64,000 nucleotides of DNA from Chiloscyllium plagiosum (taxonomy: Eukaryota), in the NCBI RefSeq assembly GCF_004010195.1, contig NC_057748.1:27628180-27692179 (forward strand), given 5' to 3'. A program made the translations under genes and the position numbers. Shown in pieces: positions 38,798-52,109 of this stretch. The notes beneath the pieces were generated by a model that saw nothing but the letters and a program-made list of their open reading frames with translations, was not told the DNA's origin and did not search any database. Numbering within the stretch: position 1 is the first letter of the stretch; each line of letters opens with the position of its first letter.

Positions 38798-41700
38798 CTC
38801 AACGCGTGGAAGGTTGGCTTATGTGATGTACGAGACTGTGTTTGCAACCCTTTGGAGTTGCTTTCGGGTTCTGGGCAGAGCAGTTGACATACCAAGACAT
38901 GTTGCATGTGGAAAAATTACTTTCCATTTTGACTCTGTAAAAATTGGTAAAAATATTTATGCTCATGCCAAATTTTCTGAGCTTCGTTGTGAAGCAGAGG
39001 TGTTGTTATGCTTTCTCTATTTTACCGACAACATTGGTGGACAGGACAGATTGTTGATGATCATGAAGTTTTCAACTATCTCCATCGCAGAACCATTAAT
39101 ATAGAAAGATATATTGTAAAGTATTTTCTCACCACAATACAGCACCATTTTGTGTTGCAAAAAAGAATAAAAAGAATTTAGAGAAATAGTGTTCATCAAC
39201 TGTACACGCGTCCTTCGTATTCAAATTCTGGAAGGACCCTGCAAGGTGTGTCTGTCCTCGAGGTTCCTCATATCTGGGTACAGCAATGACAACATTACCA
39301 AGTGCCTCTATTCTGGGCATTATTGCCCCCGTAGCCGACGACATGCTATGCACCACCAGAGGTGATAACCCACCTTTCCCAGTGTTTGCGTTTCAAATGG
39401 GGACCTGAATCCTTTCCCATATTCTCCACAGATCGGCAGGTTCTCGCCATTATAGCACAGTGAGTGATGAATATAGTCAACCTAATAACTGGAGGTGCTG
39501 TGACTCATATATGTCCTCATCCCTGCTGCTGACTGGTGCTGTAACTAATATACACTGCATACACACCATCCTCATCCTACGTCTGGGAGGCGTTATGAAT
39601 GATGCGCAGCATCATTCCAGGTGCTAGGTGACGCTGCAACTGACGTTTCTTTCCCCCCAGACTCATCACTTCCCTCATCACCAGATATCCTAACCTATTC
39701 TAGTCTCGTTTACCGGCATTTGGCCCGTTCAAATCCTTCCTATTAAATTACCCATCCATATTAGTTGCAAGTGTTATGATTCTATCAGCCTTTACCACTC
39801 CCTCTGGCACCACCCACCCTTCCCTGAAAAATGTTGTGGCCTTTTAAGTCTTTGCCCTTTCATCATAAACTTGCGCCCTCTAGCTTTGGACTTCCTATTT
39901 TGGTGATTAAAAAATCCTTGACGAGTCACTCTATCCATGTCCTTCATGATTTTCTACACCTCTCCAAATTCATCCCGAAGCCTCAACTATTTGGAGAGGG
40001 CCTTCATTTAACCTGGACTGTTACAAATCCAGAGCTGGAAAGTGACACGCTGCCAGGTACCTCTGTGTGGCACCATGCACTCTGCATGCCACATGTTCCC
40101 CTAAATCAGCTTTCCCATGGCTGTGTCACCTCAAATTGTAATTCTTGCAACGTTTCTGCCACATCCAGACAGTTTAACAACAAGACCAACGAGCCAGTTT
40201 GGTTTATGGATGGTTACTTCAACACCTTTGATGAAGGCATCATTTTATCCTGCCCTTCCGAGTGACTGAATCCTGGGCTGGAAAACCTCCATGTTCCCAC
40301 GCACAAGGATTAGAAGTAATAAATTTCTTCATCAGATTCCTCCTCCTTGGGACGCCAGGAAATTATTTGCATTCTGACACCCCTTATTTCTGGTCTATCT
40401 TACCACCAGCTGGCAATTTGGTACGGTATTTGCCCCTGCCAAACTGATGTGCCCGGATCTAACACTTGCAGTTGCAATCGACTAACATTAGATGGGGTTA
40501 CTGAGTCTCCAAAACTTGCAGCTCCGTGAGCCTTTTCAAATAACAGCTGTCTGTCTCTCTCTCTCTCCCTCTCACCTTCACTAGCACTCGCCCTCCCCTC
40601 TTATACACGCCCTTTCCTCAAAATGTTTATTTCAACGTGCCTCCCTCTTTTCTCTCCCTCACTCTTCTATCCCATGCCACCCCCTTGCTCAATCACTACC
40701 TCTGTGTTCCACTCCTTCCTCGCTTACTGCTGCCCTCTCTGATTCATCTCTCTTTTGTTGCCTTTGTTATGCTCTGTCCATCCCCTCCTTCCCTTTCTCT
40801 CTCTCTCTCACTGTCTCTACATATCTCGGTCTTGTCATCTCACAGAGTCAGAGAGATGTGCGGAATGGAAACAAACCCTTCTGTCCAATTCGTCTATGCA
40901 GGCCACATATCCTAAAATAATCAACTCCCATTTTCCAGCACTCGATCATATCCCTCTCAACGCTTCCTATTCATATACACATCCAAATGCATTTTAAATG
41001 TTGCAATTGCACCAGTCTCCAACACGTCCTCTTGCAATAGAAGTGCAAAGAGACTTGCAAAGCGTCCAGGATTCTCTCAAGCGTCTATAAACACCCCTCA
41101 GTCTTCAACATCCAGCGAAAACATACTCAGACTATTTAACCCGCCCCCTTCCCTTTCTCCCTTTATCTGTCTCTCACTCTCTCCCAGTCTGTCATTCTAA
41201 CACTCTCTCACACATTTTCTCTCTCTTACTATTTCACTCCGTTCCCTGTTTTCCTGCATCTGGGCCTTCATTTCTGTCTCTCAGTCTCCTCCCCGAATCA
41301 CTCCCTCTCTCACTCTCACTCAGTTTAGCACCCTCCTCATCTCACTATCTCTCCCTCACACTTTCTCTCCCGCTATGCCTCCCTGGCTTGTTCATACTAA
41401 GAAGCTGCTGCCCGATACCACCTTCCTCTCTCTTTTTTTCCCATGTGTCGAAACTGAGGTACATTGCGCCTAAAGTCAACATCAGACTCAGTCACTGCCC
41501 TCATGGCATGATCTCTAAAATTGTAGTTGGCAGATCCATGTGGGCCTGACTGAGTGTAGCACGATCAGAGGTGTCATCTGGCTGTTCCCGCCAGTGAAGT
41601 TTAAACCCAGGCACTGTCAGTTGGGTGCAAGATTAAAGCGTGAAGCTGAGGGTAGGGGTGTATCTCTAGCAGTGCAATGCATTTCTGGAAATTAATTTCC

Positions 41701-42440
41701 CTGATTTGACAATGGGGGCTGGAGTTGGCCTCCTGATAATATCACTGGACTAGCAAAGCCGAGGTCAAGGAGTTTTGAACATGCCCACACTGGTTTAAAT
41801 CCCACCACAGTTTTAATCAATATATTCATCATTAATTCTAGAATCTCATCTGATTCAGAGTGACAGCTATCGTTGAGTGTCATCATTGGGTTTTTTTCAC
41901 TAATGGGGGAATAACTTCGCCTTTTTTACTCTGGTCTGGGCCTTCTTGTGACTGCAAACCCGCACAATTATGGGTAGGAGGGGCGGCTCAGCACTGTCCT
42001 CTGAAATTTCCGATTGGCGATTAGGGATGGATGGTGACTGCTGAGCTCAGCTGGATAAAGTTCTCTGAAAATATGAACTGGGATCGGAAACGCATTCCAT
42101 CAGTTGGATCTTCCTGCGTTTCTTCCTTCCCTCAGTCCCTGCTGTTTTAGTTGGCCTTGGTATACACCCTCCCTCTCTGTCTTATCCTCCCTCAGCCACT
42201 GAAAATGCATTTTTAAAAAAATATAATGAAGGCATCAAGGGAGAAAGAGGGGATCTGACGTTGAGGCCATGGTCAGATTAAATAGGTGCAGTCTCGAATG
42301 GTCAAATAGCCTCCTCCTGCTCCCAACTTCTGAATCGCCCTCAACCTCGCTCTTTGGCTGTTCCTCTGCCATCGGGACATCGAGGGGGGCCTGACAAATG
42401 GGGCTCAATGAAGTGCAGTTGGTTTGAGTTTAACCCCCAG

Positions 42441-42592
42441 GTAGAACTTCCACTGCTGTGGCAAGTACACTATACTACATCAACTACTTGTGGACCGACG
42501 TTGTGAATAAAATGAAGGAATATTTCATTTGGCTTCTCCCCGGAGGGATTTTACCTGGTGGGGCCTATACGTTACCATTACAATGATAGCTC
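42441..42592 (+). pseudogene. HAAF-like pseudo-exon (unit D)
   Basis: acccccag|g TAG aac ttc cac tgc tgt ggc aag tac: Trp changed to stop, frameshifts present, donor lost. Confidence 0.85.
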
Positions 42593-43065
42593 TCTCAAGC
42601 TCTACTCCCACCACATCCTCATTGCGATCCTTTTGACTCAAATGTGCACGTACATCTCCCCTCAGCATCACTTTTCCTTCCAGGTACACGCACTCTCTCA
42701 TTTCCCACACCCATGACCAAACACGGGACAGTAATGTTATTCAACTGTGGGCGCCATGACAACGCAACCTGAAGTGATTCTCTCCCTGCCATGACGTGTT
42801 ACATCATGGGGACAGAACCAATTACCCTTAGTACATGCGGATTCAAAAACAATGAAATTAACATCATGCAATGTCCTCAAAATTGACCCCAATGTATCCT
42901 AACCAGCCGTTTTTCAATGCGAATCTCAGACGCGAGGAATAAGCAATTTTCAATTGTAGTTCGTATCTTAAACAAAAGATCCGGGAAATTATTAACAATG
43001 CATAAGCTTCAGTAGATCAAAATTGAATACCAAAGGAATTGGTCTAGGTGATAAAGCTTATGCTT

Positions 43066-43315
43066 TCATACTCATTTCCAGAAGAGACAGACAGACAAAG
43101 GAAAACAGTTCAGGCTCATACCCATTTCCAGAAGAGACAGACAGACAAAGGAAAACAGTTCAGGCTCATACCCATTTCCAGAAGAGACAGACAGACAAAG
43201 GAAAACAGTTCAGACTCATACCCATTTCCAGAAGAGACAGACAGACAAAGGAAAACAGTTCAGACTCATACCCATTTCCAGAAGAGACAGACAGACAAAG
43301 GAAAACAGTTCAGGC
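43066..43315 (+). repeat. 50-bp tandem repeat, 5 copies
   Basis: gaagagacagacagacaaaggaaaacagttca recurs at 43081, 43131, 43181, 43231 and 43281. Confidence 0.95.
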
Positions 43316-45499
43316 ATAATGAATAAAAACAAATCGAGCCAGAAGACTTCACTGGCTTTCATGACGTTATATTCCACAGACATAGGATAATTTTCTGAAG
43401 ATTTTCTGAAGATTCCATCAGGGTCACTTTTCTCGTTCACTCTGATAAATGCAGGAGTATTTATGACTCAGTTTTAAATTCTCTGAATTTCCAAAATCTG
43501 ATAAAAGAGGTAAGACAGGGAACCTGCAAACCCTCTTGCTGTAACATCTAAAGCAAAATTCCTTTTGTTCATAGAAAACACAGTCTAAAATTGAAACTCT
43601 TACCACTCTCTGAAAGCATGAGCATCTCCTCCACGAGGTCCCAACATAATACCATCTGCTTGAGCAGAAGGTCTTTTCCAGACTTGCTGGAACCAATTAC
43701 CAGGTATGAACATCGTTAATGGGAAATCTCTGCCCTCTATTTAAGCACAATGCTCTTCCCTGTTTATGAAGCAACTTCAGAATCATTTGATCAGGACCTA
43801 GCTTCACAAATGAACAAAAGCTTGCTTGGTCTTTTTTACTTTCAACACAAGATGGTACTCAGAGTCTAAAAGTTAACTTTAGCTCACAGTCCACAGTTCC
43901 AAAACGACATTGATAAGAGATTTTAAATAAAACTGATTAAGGTTTGGCGGATGGGTGATGGAAGTAAGGGTGAGGATAGGCCGATTGGGGCGCTGTATTG
44001 GTGGAAGATGGGCAATCAGAGAACTGTGCATCTGAACTCCCAGGTCCCCTGTTCATTTGATTCCTTAAGGCCTTACCATTCATCATGATCGAATCCATCT
44101 GGATAGGAGGCGTCTGTTCATCCCCTCAAACCTCTTCGCCCCTACAATCAAAGAGTGAGGCTGAGTTGCGTCGAAACACCCTCAAACCACATCTATATTT
44201 CCTGAAGTATTTAATCTTCAAACCCAACACAATCATTGCAATGAGTTGGGTTGGGGTAGATTGTGGGGAGATCATGTTGCTCAGATACTAAACAGGATCA
44301 GCCACATAATTAGTGCATTTCAAGAGAAGGGCAGAAGCTGTGAACTCTTCAGCGAGTAACTCACCTCACAGCTCGCCAAAGACTTACCAAATTCAACAAG
44401 GCACAAGTCAGGAATATGATGGAATATTCCCTAGTTGCCTCGCTGGGTGCAGTCCAAATGCACGTCAGTTCAGGATCATCCAGGATAAAGCAGACGGCTT
44501 GATTGTCACTGCATCTGCAAGTATCCATTCCCTCCACCACTGACGCACAGTAGCAGCAGTCAGTCCCATCCTCATGACAAACCTCAGCAACTTTTCAAGG
44601 CTCCCGAGACAGCATCTTCTAAACCTACAGCCTCTCCACACCAAGACGACATGTGAGCAACACTACTCACTACTTGCAAGTTCCCCTCCAAGCCACGCAT
44701 TCTAACTTGGAAGTCTATCCGCCATTCCTTCAGTGTATCTGTGTCAAAATCCTGGAAGTATATCGCTAACTGCACTGTGAGTGTCCCTGCACCAACCAGG
44801 GGCTGTGGCATTTCAAGAGGTTGGCTCACAACCGTGGTCTCAAGGGGGAGATAACATTAGATAATAACATGTTGCCCTGAGAGCAGCGTCCACATCTCCT
44901 GAAAAAATAATGCGAAAAAAGTATTGAGCTTATGAAAGCTTGGTGTGCACAAATAAGGGGCCATTTTAGCGACATCACAAAGTGAGCACACTACTAAAAG
45001 TAATTACTTGATTGTAAAATACACTGGGAGGTTGTGAAAGGTGCTATATGAACGCAACTATCTCACTTGTTTTGAGTGAGCAGCCTGCAACTCATCAGGC
45101 ATTACTTCTTTAAGGACTGCAAGTGGAACTGAAAATCAGAGGGAGACAAAGGAAGTGCAGCTGACAGCTTCCGACCAACACTGATTTTAGAAGTTTTTTT
45201 TTCTTTCAGTCACAAGAGTAATTGGGGTCTAATAAGTATAGCCCCTGTCAAGGGCACGGAGGGTGATTGACTAGACTGGGACCAGGGATGAGGGGCTTCA
45301 GTTTAAATTTCGCCTTTACCCTCTTCGCTCACAAACCCATCACGAAACTAACATTGCACGTTTCAATCTCCTTCAACAGACGCAGATGCTTTGGCAAGAG
45401 GTCATTAGTTCCAGAAGCGAAAACAAACGTGATTTCTCCTAAGCTTTTCAAGGGTTCTTCAAAAACACTTTACATCAAGTCATGACGTCTTCAAGACTG

Positions 45500-48400
45500 G
45501 AGTAGAGTGCATCAATGGGGAAGGGCGTATGGTCTTGGGGAGGTGAAAGAGGTACTGAGGGACGAAGGGGCGAGAGGAGGTTAAAGATATAGAGAGTCTG
45601 CAAGAGGTTGCAGGCAAATGGAGCAGTGTAGGAGCTACAAAAGCTCACAGAGATATGGAGCGATGTCGGAACTGGAGAAAGGGTTCAGAGATCAGAAAGA
45701 CTGTTGGTGCTGGAGGATGGTACGAATAAGCAGAGTGCGCAGATGTTGGAGGAAGCTATCTATAAAGAGAGGATGTAGGGGCTGGGAAAGATTTTAGAGA
45801 CAGTGAAGAGTTTTGAATCTGGAGGGGGTACAGAGATAGACTCATGGAGTTATGCAAACCGGATACAGACCGTTTCGTCCAAATCATGCAGATTTGCTGA
45901 TTTAATCTAGTCCTATTTGCCAGAATTTGGCCCATATCCCTCTAAACCATTCTTATTCATGAACCCATTGAAATTCCTTGTAAGTATTGTAATTGTACCC
46001 ACCTCTGCAACTTGTTCTGACAGTTTATTGCATACGCACACTACCCTCTGTGTGAAAATGTTGCTCCTCAGTTCACTTTTAAATCTTCTCCTTCCACCAT
46101 AAAGCTATGCCCCCGAGGTTTGGACTATCCTCTCCTGGGAAAAACGTCTTAGCTATTCACTTGACCCATACTTTTCATGATTTTCTAAAGCTCAACAAGC
46201 TGCCAGAAGAAGTGGTGGAGGCTGGTACAATTACGGCGTTTAAAAGGCATCTGGATGGGTATATGAATAGGAAGGGTTTGGATGGAAATGGGCCGGGTGC
46301 TGGCAGGTGGGACTAGATTGGGTTGGGATATCTGGTCGCCATGGACGGGTTGGACCGAAGGGTCTGTTTCTGTACTGTACATCTCTATGACTGTATGACC
46401 TCTCTGCCTCCCATGCTGTAGTTTCAATTGTCCCAGTCTATTCAGCCTCTCCATCCAGCTCAAAGCCTCCACCCCGGCAACATACTTGTGATTTCTTTCT
46501 GAACTCTTTCAAATTTAACATCATTCATGTGGCAGACTTCAACATATTATTCCACAAGTGGTCCAATCAATGTCCTGTATAGCTGCAACGTGAGCTCCCA
46601 ACTCCTATAGTCAATCCACTAATCATGAAAGCAGGCATGCCAGAGGCCTTCTTCACCACCATGTCTACATGTGACTCCACTTTCAAGGATCTGTGCACCT
46701 GTACCCTCAGGTCTCTTTATTTAACAGCACTCCCCAGGGTTTCCCACAAACTGTAAATCCTGTCCTGATTTGCCTGACCAAAATGTAATGCCTTAGTCGA
46801 TGTAGTGGCTGGAGGAGTTTATACATTTAGGGAAGGTGTTGTGACTAGAGGTGTTGAGAGAGAGAGTTAGTCTGTATGAGCTAGAGCAGGTTACAGTGGT
46901 AGGGAGGCGTGTAGGGCTTTAAAGATGTTTCAGTGTTAGGGAGGGGGTGACAGGACTGCAGGAGGGCTTAGAGATAGAGTGATAATAAGGCCCTGGAGAA
47001 GACTACAGTAATAGGTAGATGTTTTTGCTGCTGGAAGGGTTTACAGAGAGAGGAAAATTTGTTGGGGCTGGAGGAGTTAGATATGGATAGGCGCAAGGGC
47101 TCGATGAAAAGTGGTGTAGGGGTTGGAGGAGGTAAGAGAGATGATGTAGCGACAATGAGGAAGAGACGTGCAGAGGATGGAGAATATGAAATAGTTAGGT
47201 AGGGGGTATAGGAGCTGGAGGAGGTTACACGGGTGGGGAGGTATTCAGAGTTGGAGTTAGTTCCAGAGGTAGGGAGAGGCATTGAGTTTGGAAAGTGTGA
47301 CGGAGATAGGGAGGGATAAAGGATCTGGATTTGATTCAAGAAATAAGGAGTGGTGTTAGGTCAGTGGGAGTTGGACGAGGTAGGGAGTGGCGTAGTGTCT
47401 AAAGGATTTTATAGCGATGGGCAGGAGTGTTGTGCAGAGATACAGAGGTTATACGGGCTAGTAGAGATAACAAGGGACGATTATGAAAACCTGAGGCGCT
47501 CAACGTGATTGGGAGATGTGTAAGTGCTGGAGTGATTGACAGAAATATGAAGGAATCTCGGGGCTGGAGGAGATGTCAGATATAGAGAAGGGTATACAAA
47601 GTCGAGGAGTGTATGGAGGTATGGTAGGATATCAAAGCTGAAGGAGGTGACAGAGATGAGAAGGTATGTAGGAACTAGAGGTCTGCCAGTAGATAGAGAT
47701 GGGTGCAGCAACTGGGGGAGGTAACAGAGATTGAGAATGGTGATGCAGTTGGAATTATTAACAGAGCTAGGGAGGTGTATGGGGGCGATTGGATATATCT
47801 AGGGAACCGTATTGGGGGCGGAGGTGGGTACAAAGATAGGGATGAGGCCAGGCACTGGAGATTTTGTTTAAAATAACGAAGAACCCAAGGTCTGGATGAA
47901 GTCGCAGAGATATTGAGGCACGTAGGGTCTGGAGAAGGTAACAGAGCTAAAGAGTGGTATAGAGACTTCGGGATCTAATAGGGATATGGAGGAATGTAGG
48001 GACTCCTGTATGTTGCAGAGATATGGAGAGATGTATGAGCTTGAGAAGGTCACAGGGAGAAGAACGGTTACAGGTGCTTCAGGAGGTGACAGCGATAGGG
48101 AGGGATTTAGCGACTGGAGGAGTTTACAGAAATATACAAGGGACTAGGGTCTGCAGCAGGTGGCAGAGATAAGGGAGGGTGTAGTGACACTGGCTGGTTA
48201 CTGAAATAAGGACAGTATTGAATCTGTATGAGATAACAGAGATAGGAAGTGGTATAGTGTCCAGAGGATGTTAGAGAGACGGAGGAGTGTTGTGCGTGGA
48301 GTGGATTGTACAGATATGGAGGGTTGTAGGGGCTAATGCAAAAAGAAGGGAGGCGTTTAGGGACGTGAGGTGGTCACTGCTAAAGGCAAGGGTCTGGGCA

Positions 48401-49080
48401 GTGATATAATTAGTGAGGAATCGAGGGTCTGGAAGAAGTGGAAGAGACTGGGAAAGGAATGGAAAACTGAAGGAGAGTATGGAGATAGGGTGACACTGAA
48501 GGGCTGGATGAGGTAAAAGAGATAGAAAGCGGTTCAGGTGCTGAAGAATATTACTGAGATAGGAATGATTGGAGGACCACATCGTGAAAGAGTGAGATGT
48601 ATAGCCTGGAAATATTACAGACATAGGAAGTGGTGTAGGGTCTGGAGTAATTTACAGGGACGGGGAGGGGTTCAGGGGAGAGAGGTGTTTCTGGAGTTAG
48701 GGAGACACAAAGGGCCTGACGAAGGTTTTAGAGATATTCAGGCATGTAGGGCCTGGAGGAGGTAACAGAGGTGGGGATGAGCACAGGAACTTGAGGAGGC
48801 GATAGGGATAAAGAAGAATTTAGTGGCTGGAGGTGTTTATAGAGATAGCGAGGAGTGCCAGGGCTTGAGGTGGCTACAGAAAGCCGAATGTGTAGAGGTG
48901 CTTGTGAGGTGACAGAGAGAGGAAAATGTGTATTGGCTGATAAGGCAACAGATATAGGGAGGCGTGCAGGAGTTGGAGAATGTTACAGAGATAAGGAGGT
49001 GTGCAGAAGATGGAAGGTGTTAAAGGGATAGGGAGAGGTGTACGTGCTGATTGAGTGAAAGCTGGTGTGAGATCAGGTGC
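45500..49080 (+). repeat. Degenerate purine-rich minisatellite (unit D), interrupted by nested CR1 fragments at about 45840-46795
   Basis: Same motif as in units A and B. A plus-strand CR1 3' end (46190-46397, LPEEVVEAGTITAFKRHLDGYM) sits inside a minus-strand CR1 fragment. Confidence 0.75.
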
Positions 49081-50914
49081 ATGAGTCATACAGAAGTGAA
49101 CTGGAGACTGTGAGACCCCAGAGGGTGAAAAGCAGGGGTCCACTTTGATTATTTCGAGTGACCCGGTCTATCATAGTCTGGTTTGTGCAAATGTGTGACA
49201 TTTCTGAGAAGGTGAGGGTCTGATAGAGTCTCTGCATTTGCCCTCCAACTCGTGGGTGAAGCGACGGCCGCTTTTCTGATGTTTTAGGACTGACGGGTGC
49301 TGCTGCTAATCGCTCAGTGATCAGAGTGGTTTCAGTTCCTCCACCGACGTGACCCACCCCTTCCCCTCCATCTGGAGCAAGTGACCACACCACCTGCAGC
49401 CCCTCCACAAAACAGGCCAAAAACAACAGAGCTTTGCCTCTCGGGAGCTAAATTGAGGCACTTGAAATACCATCCAGGTCACCCCAGATCGAGGTTGTGC
49501 ACTGCATTGAACTCAGATGCAGAAGCAGCCTTGAAATCGGCTGTTCAACTCTGTGAAGCATCATTGAGATGGCTTTAACCAGACTGCTAAAGGGTTGATG
49601 CTGTATAGCATCATTCAAAGCAACAAGTCTTAAAATAAAACCGAAGACACAATTTAAGAAACAGGAGGCCATTCGGCCCTTCGACCGTTCCCTGCCATCA
49701 TTACAATGAAGGATGATTATTTCACAACTGCACTTTCCTATCCCATATCCCTCAAAGTACTTAGAGTACTAATTTCTGCCCATTAGAGTATCCCATAGGC
49801 ATGGAGAATGCAATAGATTTACCAGGCTCTGAGCGAAAGAATGTCTCTTCATCTCAGTCCAAATTAGCTGCTCGCTATCCCAGCCCTTCAGAAATATCCT
49901 ATGTTTCTATTCCGCCAACCTAAGCATATAATTCCACATTTTCCCACATCAAAGTACATTTACCAATTCCTTCCCTAATTCCTTACGCAGACTGTATCCC
50001 GTTTCAGACTTTCTATTCGCCTCAACATTACTCCCCCGTAGAGTTTCGTAGTTTCAGTTCCTCACTCTGTGAGTTCTCGTCCCTGATGGTTGCAACATCC
50101 CAGATTAAAAATCATTGTAATACAAATGCCAGCAGTGCATCTCCTCTACCAAGGATGCTGACTCAAAGCTGTTCTGTGAATACGTTTTTTGAAAGGGGTA
50201 TAATTAATATTTTGAAAACAATTGGAAAGGTCAGTCAAAACTTAGTGGCTCAGTCATAAAGGTCTCCAACGCAGAAAAATGTCGTTCAGCTCGTCATGTC
50301 TGCCCTGGTCAAAAATGATCCCCCAGCTATTCCAATCACATTTTCCAGCACTTGTGTAATTAAATACCTCTTCAATGCTATGGGGGGCTTCACCCTCTAC
50401 CACCCTTACAGGCAGTGTTTTCCTCACACCCAACACCCTGTGGCTGAAACAGCTTTTCTCAATGTTCCTGAAACGTCCTGCTCCTTAACTTAAATCTATG
50501 AGCCCTGCCGGCATGAATGGATGGGGCCAAATGGCTTATTTCTGTGCGATAGCTTATGCGACTCTGTGACTTTGTGACACCGTGGAAGCTCAGAGAAAGA
50601 AAGGCGAAATGTAAGCTTTCTTTTAGAAGTCCATGTTTTCAGAAGGAGAGGATATAGCTGTTCAGGCTAAAGGGATCCAAGGTATTGAGGGACAAAATGA
50701 ACATTTGAATGTTCGAACATGATCTTACTCAATGGCAGAGTAGGCTCGATGAGTTGAATAACCTACATCTGCACTTGTTTACTATGTGAACTAAATCCAA
50801 TCGCATGTTAAACACCATAAACCCTAAAGTTCGGATGATGGACAATGATGTGAGAAGCCAGAAATAGATGGGTGAAAACCCCGAAGTGTCGATTTGCCTG
50901 GTCTCTGTCTCTTC

Positions 50915-50937
50915 ATTTGCATTGCACTGAATAAATA
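50915..50937 (+). promoter_or_regulatory. Ig light-chain promoter: octamer ATTTGCAT plus AT-rich TATA-like box
   Basis: Perfect octamer at 50915-50922 in light-chain orientation, about 150 nt upstream of the leader ATG. AATAAATA at 50930-50937. Confidence 0.75.
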
Positions 50938-51066
50938 GAGGTGGGAGAAGCCGACTCCGATTTACTGACACTGGGTGCGAAGGGTCTCCGGGGAGTTCAG
51001 AACAAACACCTCGATTAAAGGGACCAGCCACGACAGCTGACTGTTTCCGTGCATTCTCCAGCAGGA

Positions 51067-51115
51067 ATGTTTCCCATGCTGCGACTGCTGTGTGTGCTGC
51101 TGCTCCATGTAACAG
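51067..51115 (+). CDS. Ig light chain leader exon (cluster 2)
   Basis: ATG at 51067 encodes hydrophobic MFPMLRLLCVLLLHVT(G). Donor ACAG|gtcaga at 51116. A 104-nt phase-1 intron splices in frame to the V exon, giving ...HVTGTLA/VPVLSQ. Confidence 0.9.
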
Positions 51116-51219
51116 GTCAGAACTTGCTCTGGATTAATGTCTGACCGTTAAATGCCACTTCGTTTTGTTTCACACCCGCTGGCAACGTCTCTCAATGTAT
51201 TCTGTTCCTTTAATTGTAG

Positions 51220-51545
51220 GTACTTTGGCTGTCCCTGTCCTCAGTCAGAGTCCAGTGTCTGACCCACTCTCTGCCGGTCAGACTGCCCAATTGAAGTGTG
51301 TGATGCAGAACGGTAAAATAGGCAGCTACGATGTGCTCTGGTACCGACAGAGTCCCGGAGAAGCCCCGGTCTGGGTGATCAGGCATGAGAACGATAATGA
51401 CATTTTCAGGGGCACTGGTTTCACTAACCGTTTCAAACCTTCTCGAGACTCCCCCAGTAACACTTACATCCTAACCATCGGAAATCTGGTCTCCGGTGAC
51501 TCTGCCGTCTATTACTGTGCTGTGTGGGATAGCTCAGCCGGTTAT
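51220..51545 (+). CDS. Ig light chain V segment, shark type I (sigma-cart/NS5-like), germline unrearranged, intact
   Basis: Acceptor ttgtag at 51214-51219. Open frame VPVLSQSPVSDPLSAGQTAQLKC...WYRQSPGEAPVWVI...GFTNRFKPSRD...LTIGNLVSGDSAVYYCAVWDSSAGY has the canonical Cys, Trp and D-x-A-x-YYC and a long CDR2. An RSS follows immediately. Type assignment is from recalled similarity to horn and nurse shark type I chains. Confidence 0.95.
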
Positions 51546-51573
51546 CACAGTGAGACAAGCCAATACAATAATC
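51546..51573 (+). promoter_or_regulatory. 12-RSS of V (cluster 2)
   Basis: CACAGTG (51546-51552), 12-nt spacer agacaagccaat, nonamer ACAATAATC (7/9 match to ACAAAAACC). Confidence 0.95.
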
Positions 51574-51906
51574 CAGTTTGCAGAACTGCTCAAATTTTCA
51601 ACAGCGCCTGAAACATCACTACCTGAAGACAAATCACTACCTCCAGCAATATCTTTCTGTGTAGTTGCGTGTAGAGCCCAGCTGAAATTTGAGGGGTTTC
51701 TGTCAGATCTCCAGAGATGTTGGTCTCTGGATCAAACCCTGCACTGCCAGGGTCCTCTGGGTGATAGGGATTACTGAAACGCTCTCTCATCTGTGAATCA
51801 GTCTGACCCACATGCCCCTCATCTCGCCGAGAAAGGCGCAATGTGGAAAAGCACAAATTACTAATACTTTTTTTTTTCCTGTTCACCCCACACCAGCTCT
51901 TATTTT

Positions 51907-51946
51907 GGTTTCTGGGTGAGCCACAGCATTGGAATGCCTCTCTGTG
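51907..51946 (-). promoter_or_regulatory. 23-type RSS of J (cluster 2), variant
   Basis: GGTTTCTGG (51907-51915), 24-nt spacer, CTCTGTG (51940-51946; reverse complement CACAGAG with the essential CAC retained). Confidence 0.8.
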
Positions 51947-51984
51947 ATTCATCTTCGGAGGTGGGACCACCCTGTATGTTCGCA
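51947..51984 (+). CDS. Ig light chain J segment (cluster 2)
   Basis: Encodes FIFGGGTTLYVR with the FGxG motif. Preceded by a heptamer and followed by donor A|gtaagt at 51985 (phase 1). Confidence 0.95.
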
Positions 51985-52109
51985 GTAAGTGATTCTGTTT
52001 TCTCTCTCTTTATCATTCTGATTAATTTCATTTTTATTCCTTCAGTGTCGATTCAGTTCTCCAAATTTCGCCAAATCATGATTTAACATATTTCGCAATA
52101 AATCGAGCT

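Noticed and set aside
40365-40372. Additional octamer ATTTGCAT sites (also about 32735 and 14084)
   Set aside because: They are not next to a leader exon and not conserved in homologous copies, so they are expected by chance in 64 kb.
43066-43315. CRISPR-like array
   Set aside because: These are head-to-tail repeats without unique spacers, in a vertebrate context.
51165-51611. ORF-track protein as a single-exon gene
   Set aside because: It starts in the leader-V intron and runs through the RSS. The real structure is leader + V + J + C after rearrangement and splicing.
51574-51906. D segment (heavy chain, NAR or TCR type) between V and J
   Set aside because: No additional RSS-flanked segment was seen. 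The 12/23-type pair and the single C exon with stop fit a light chain.
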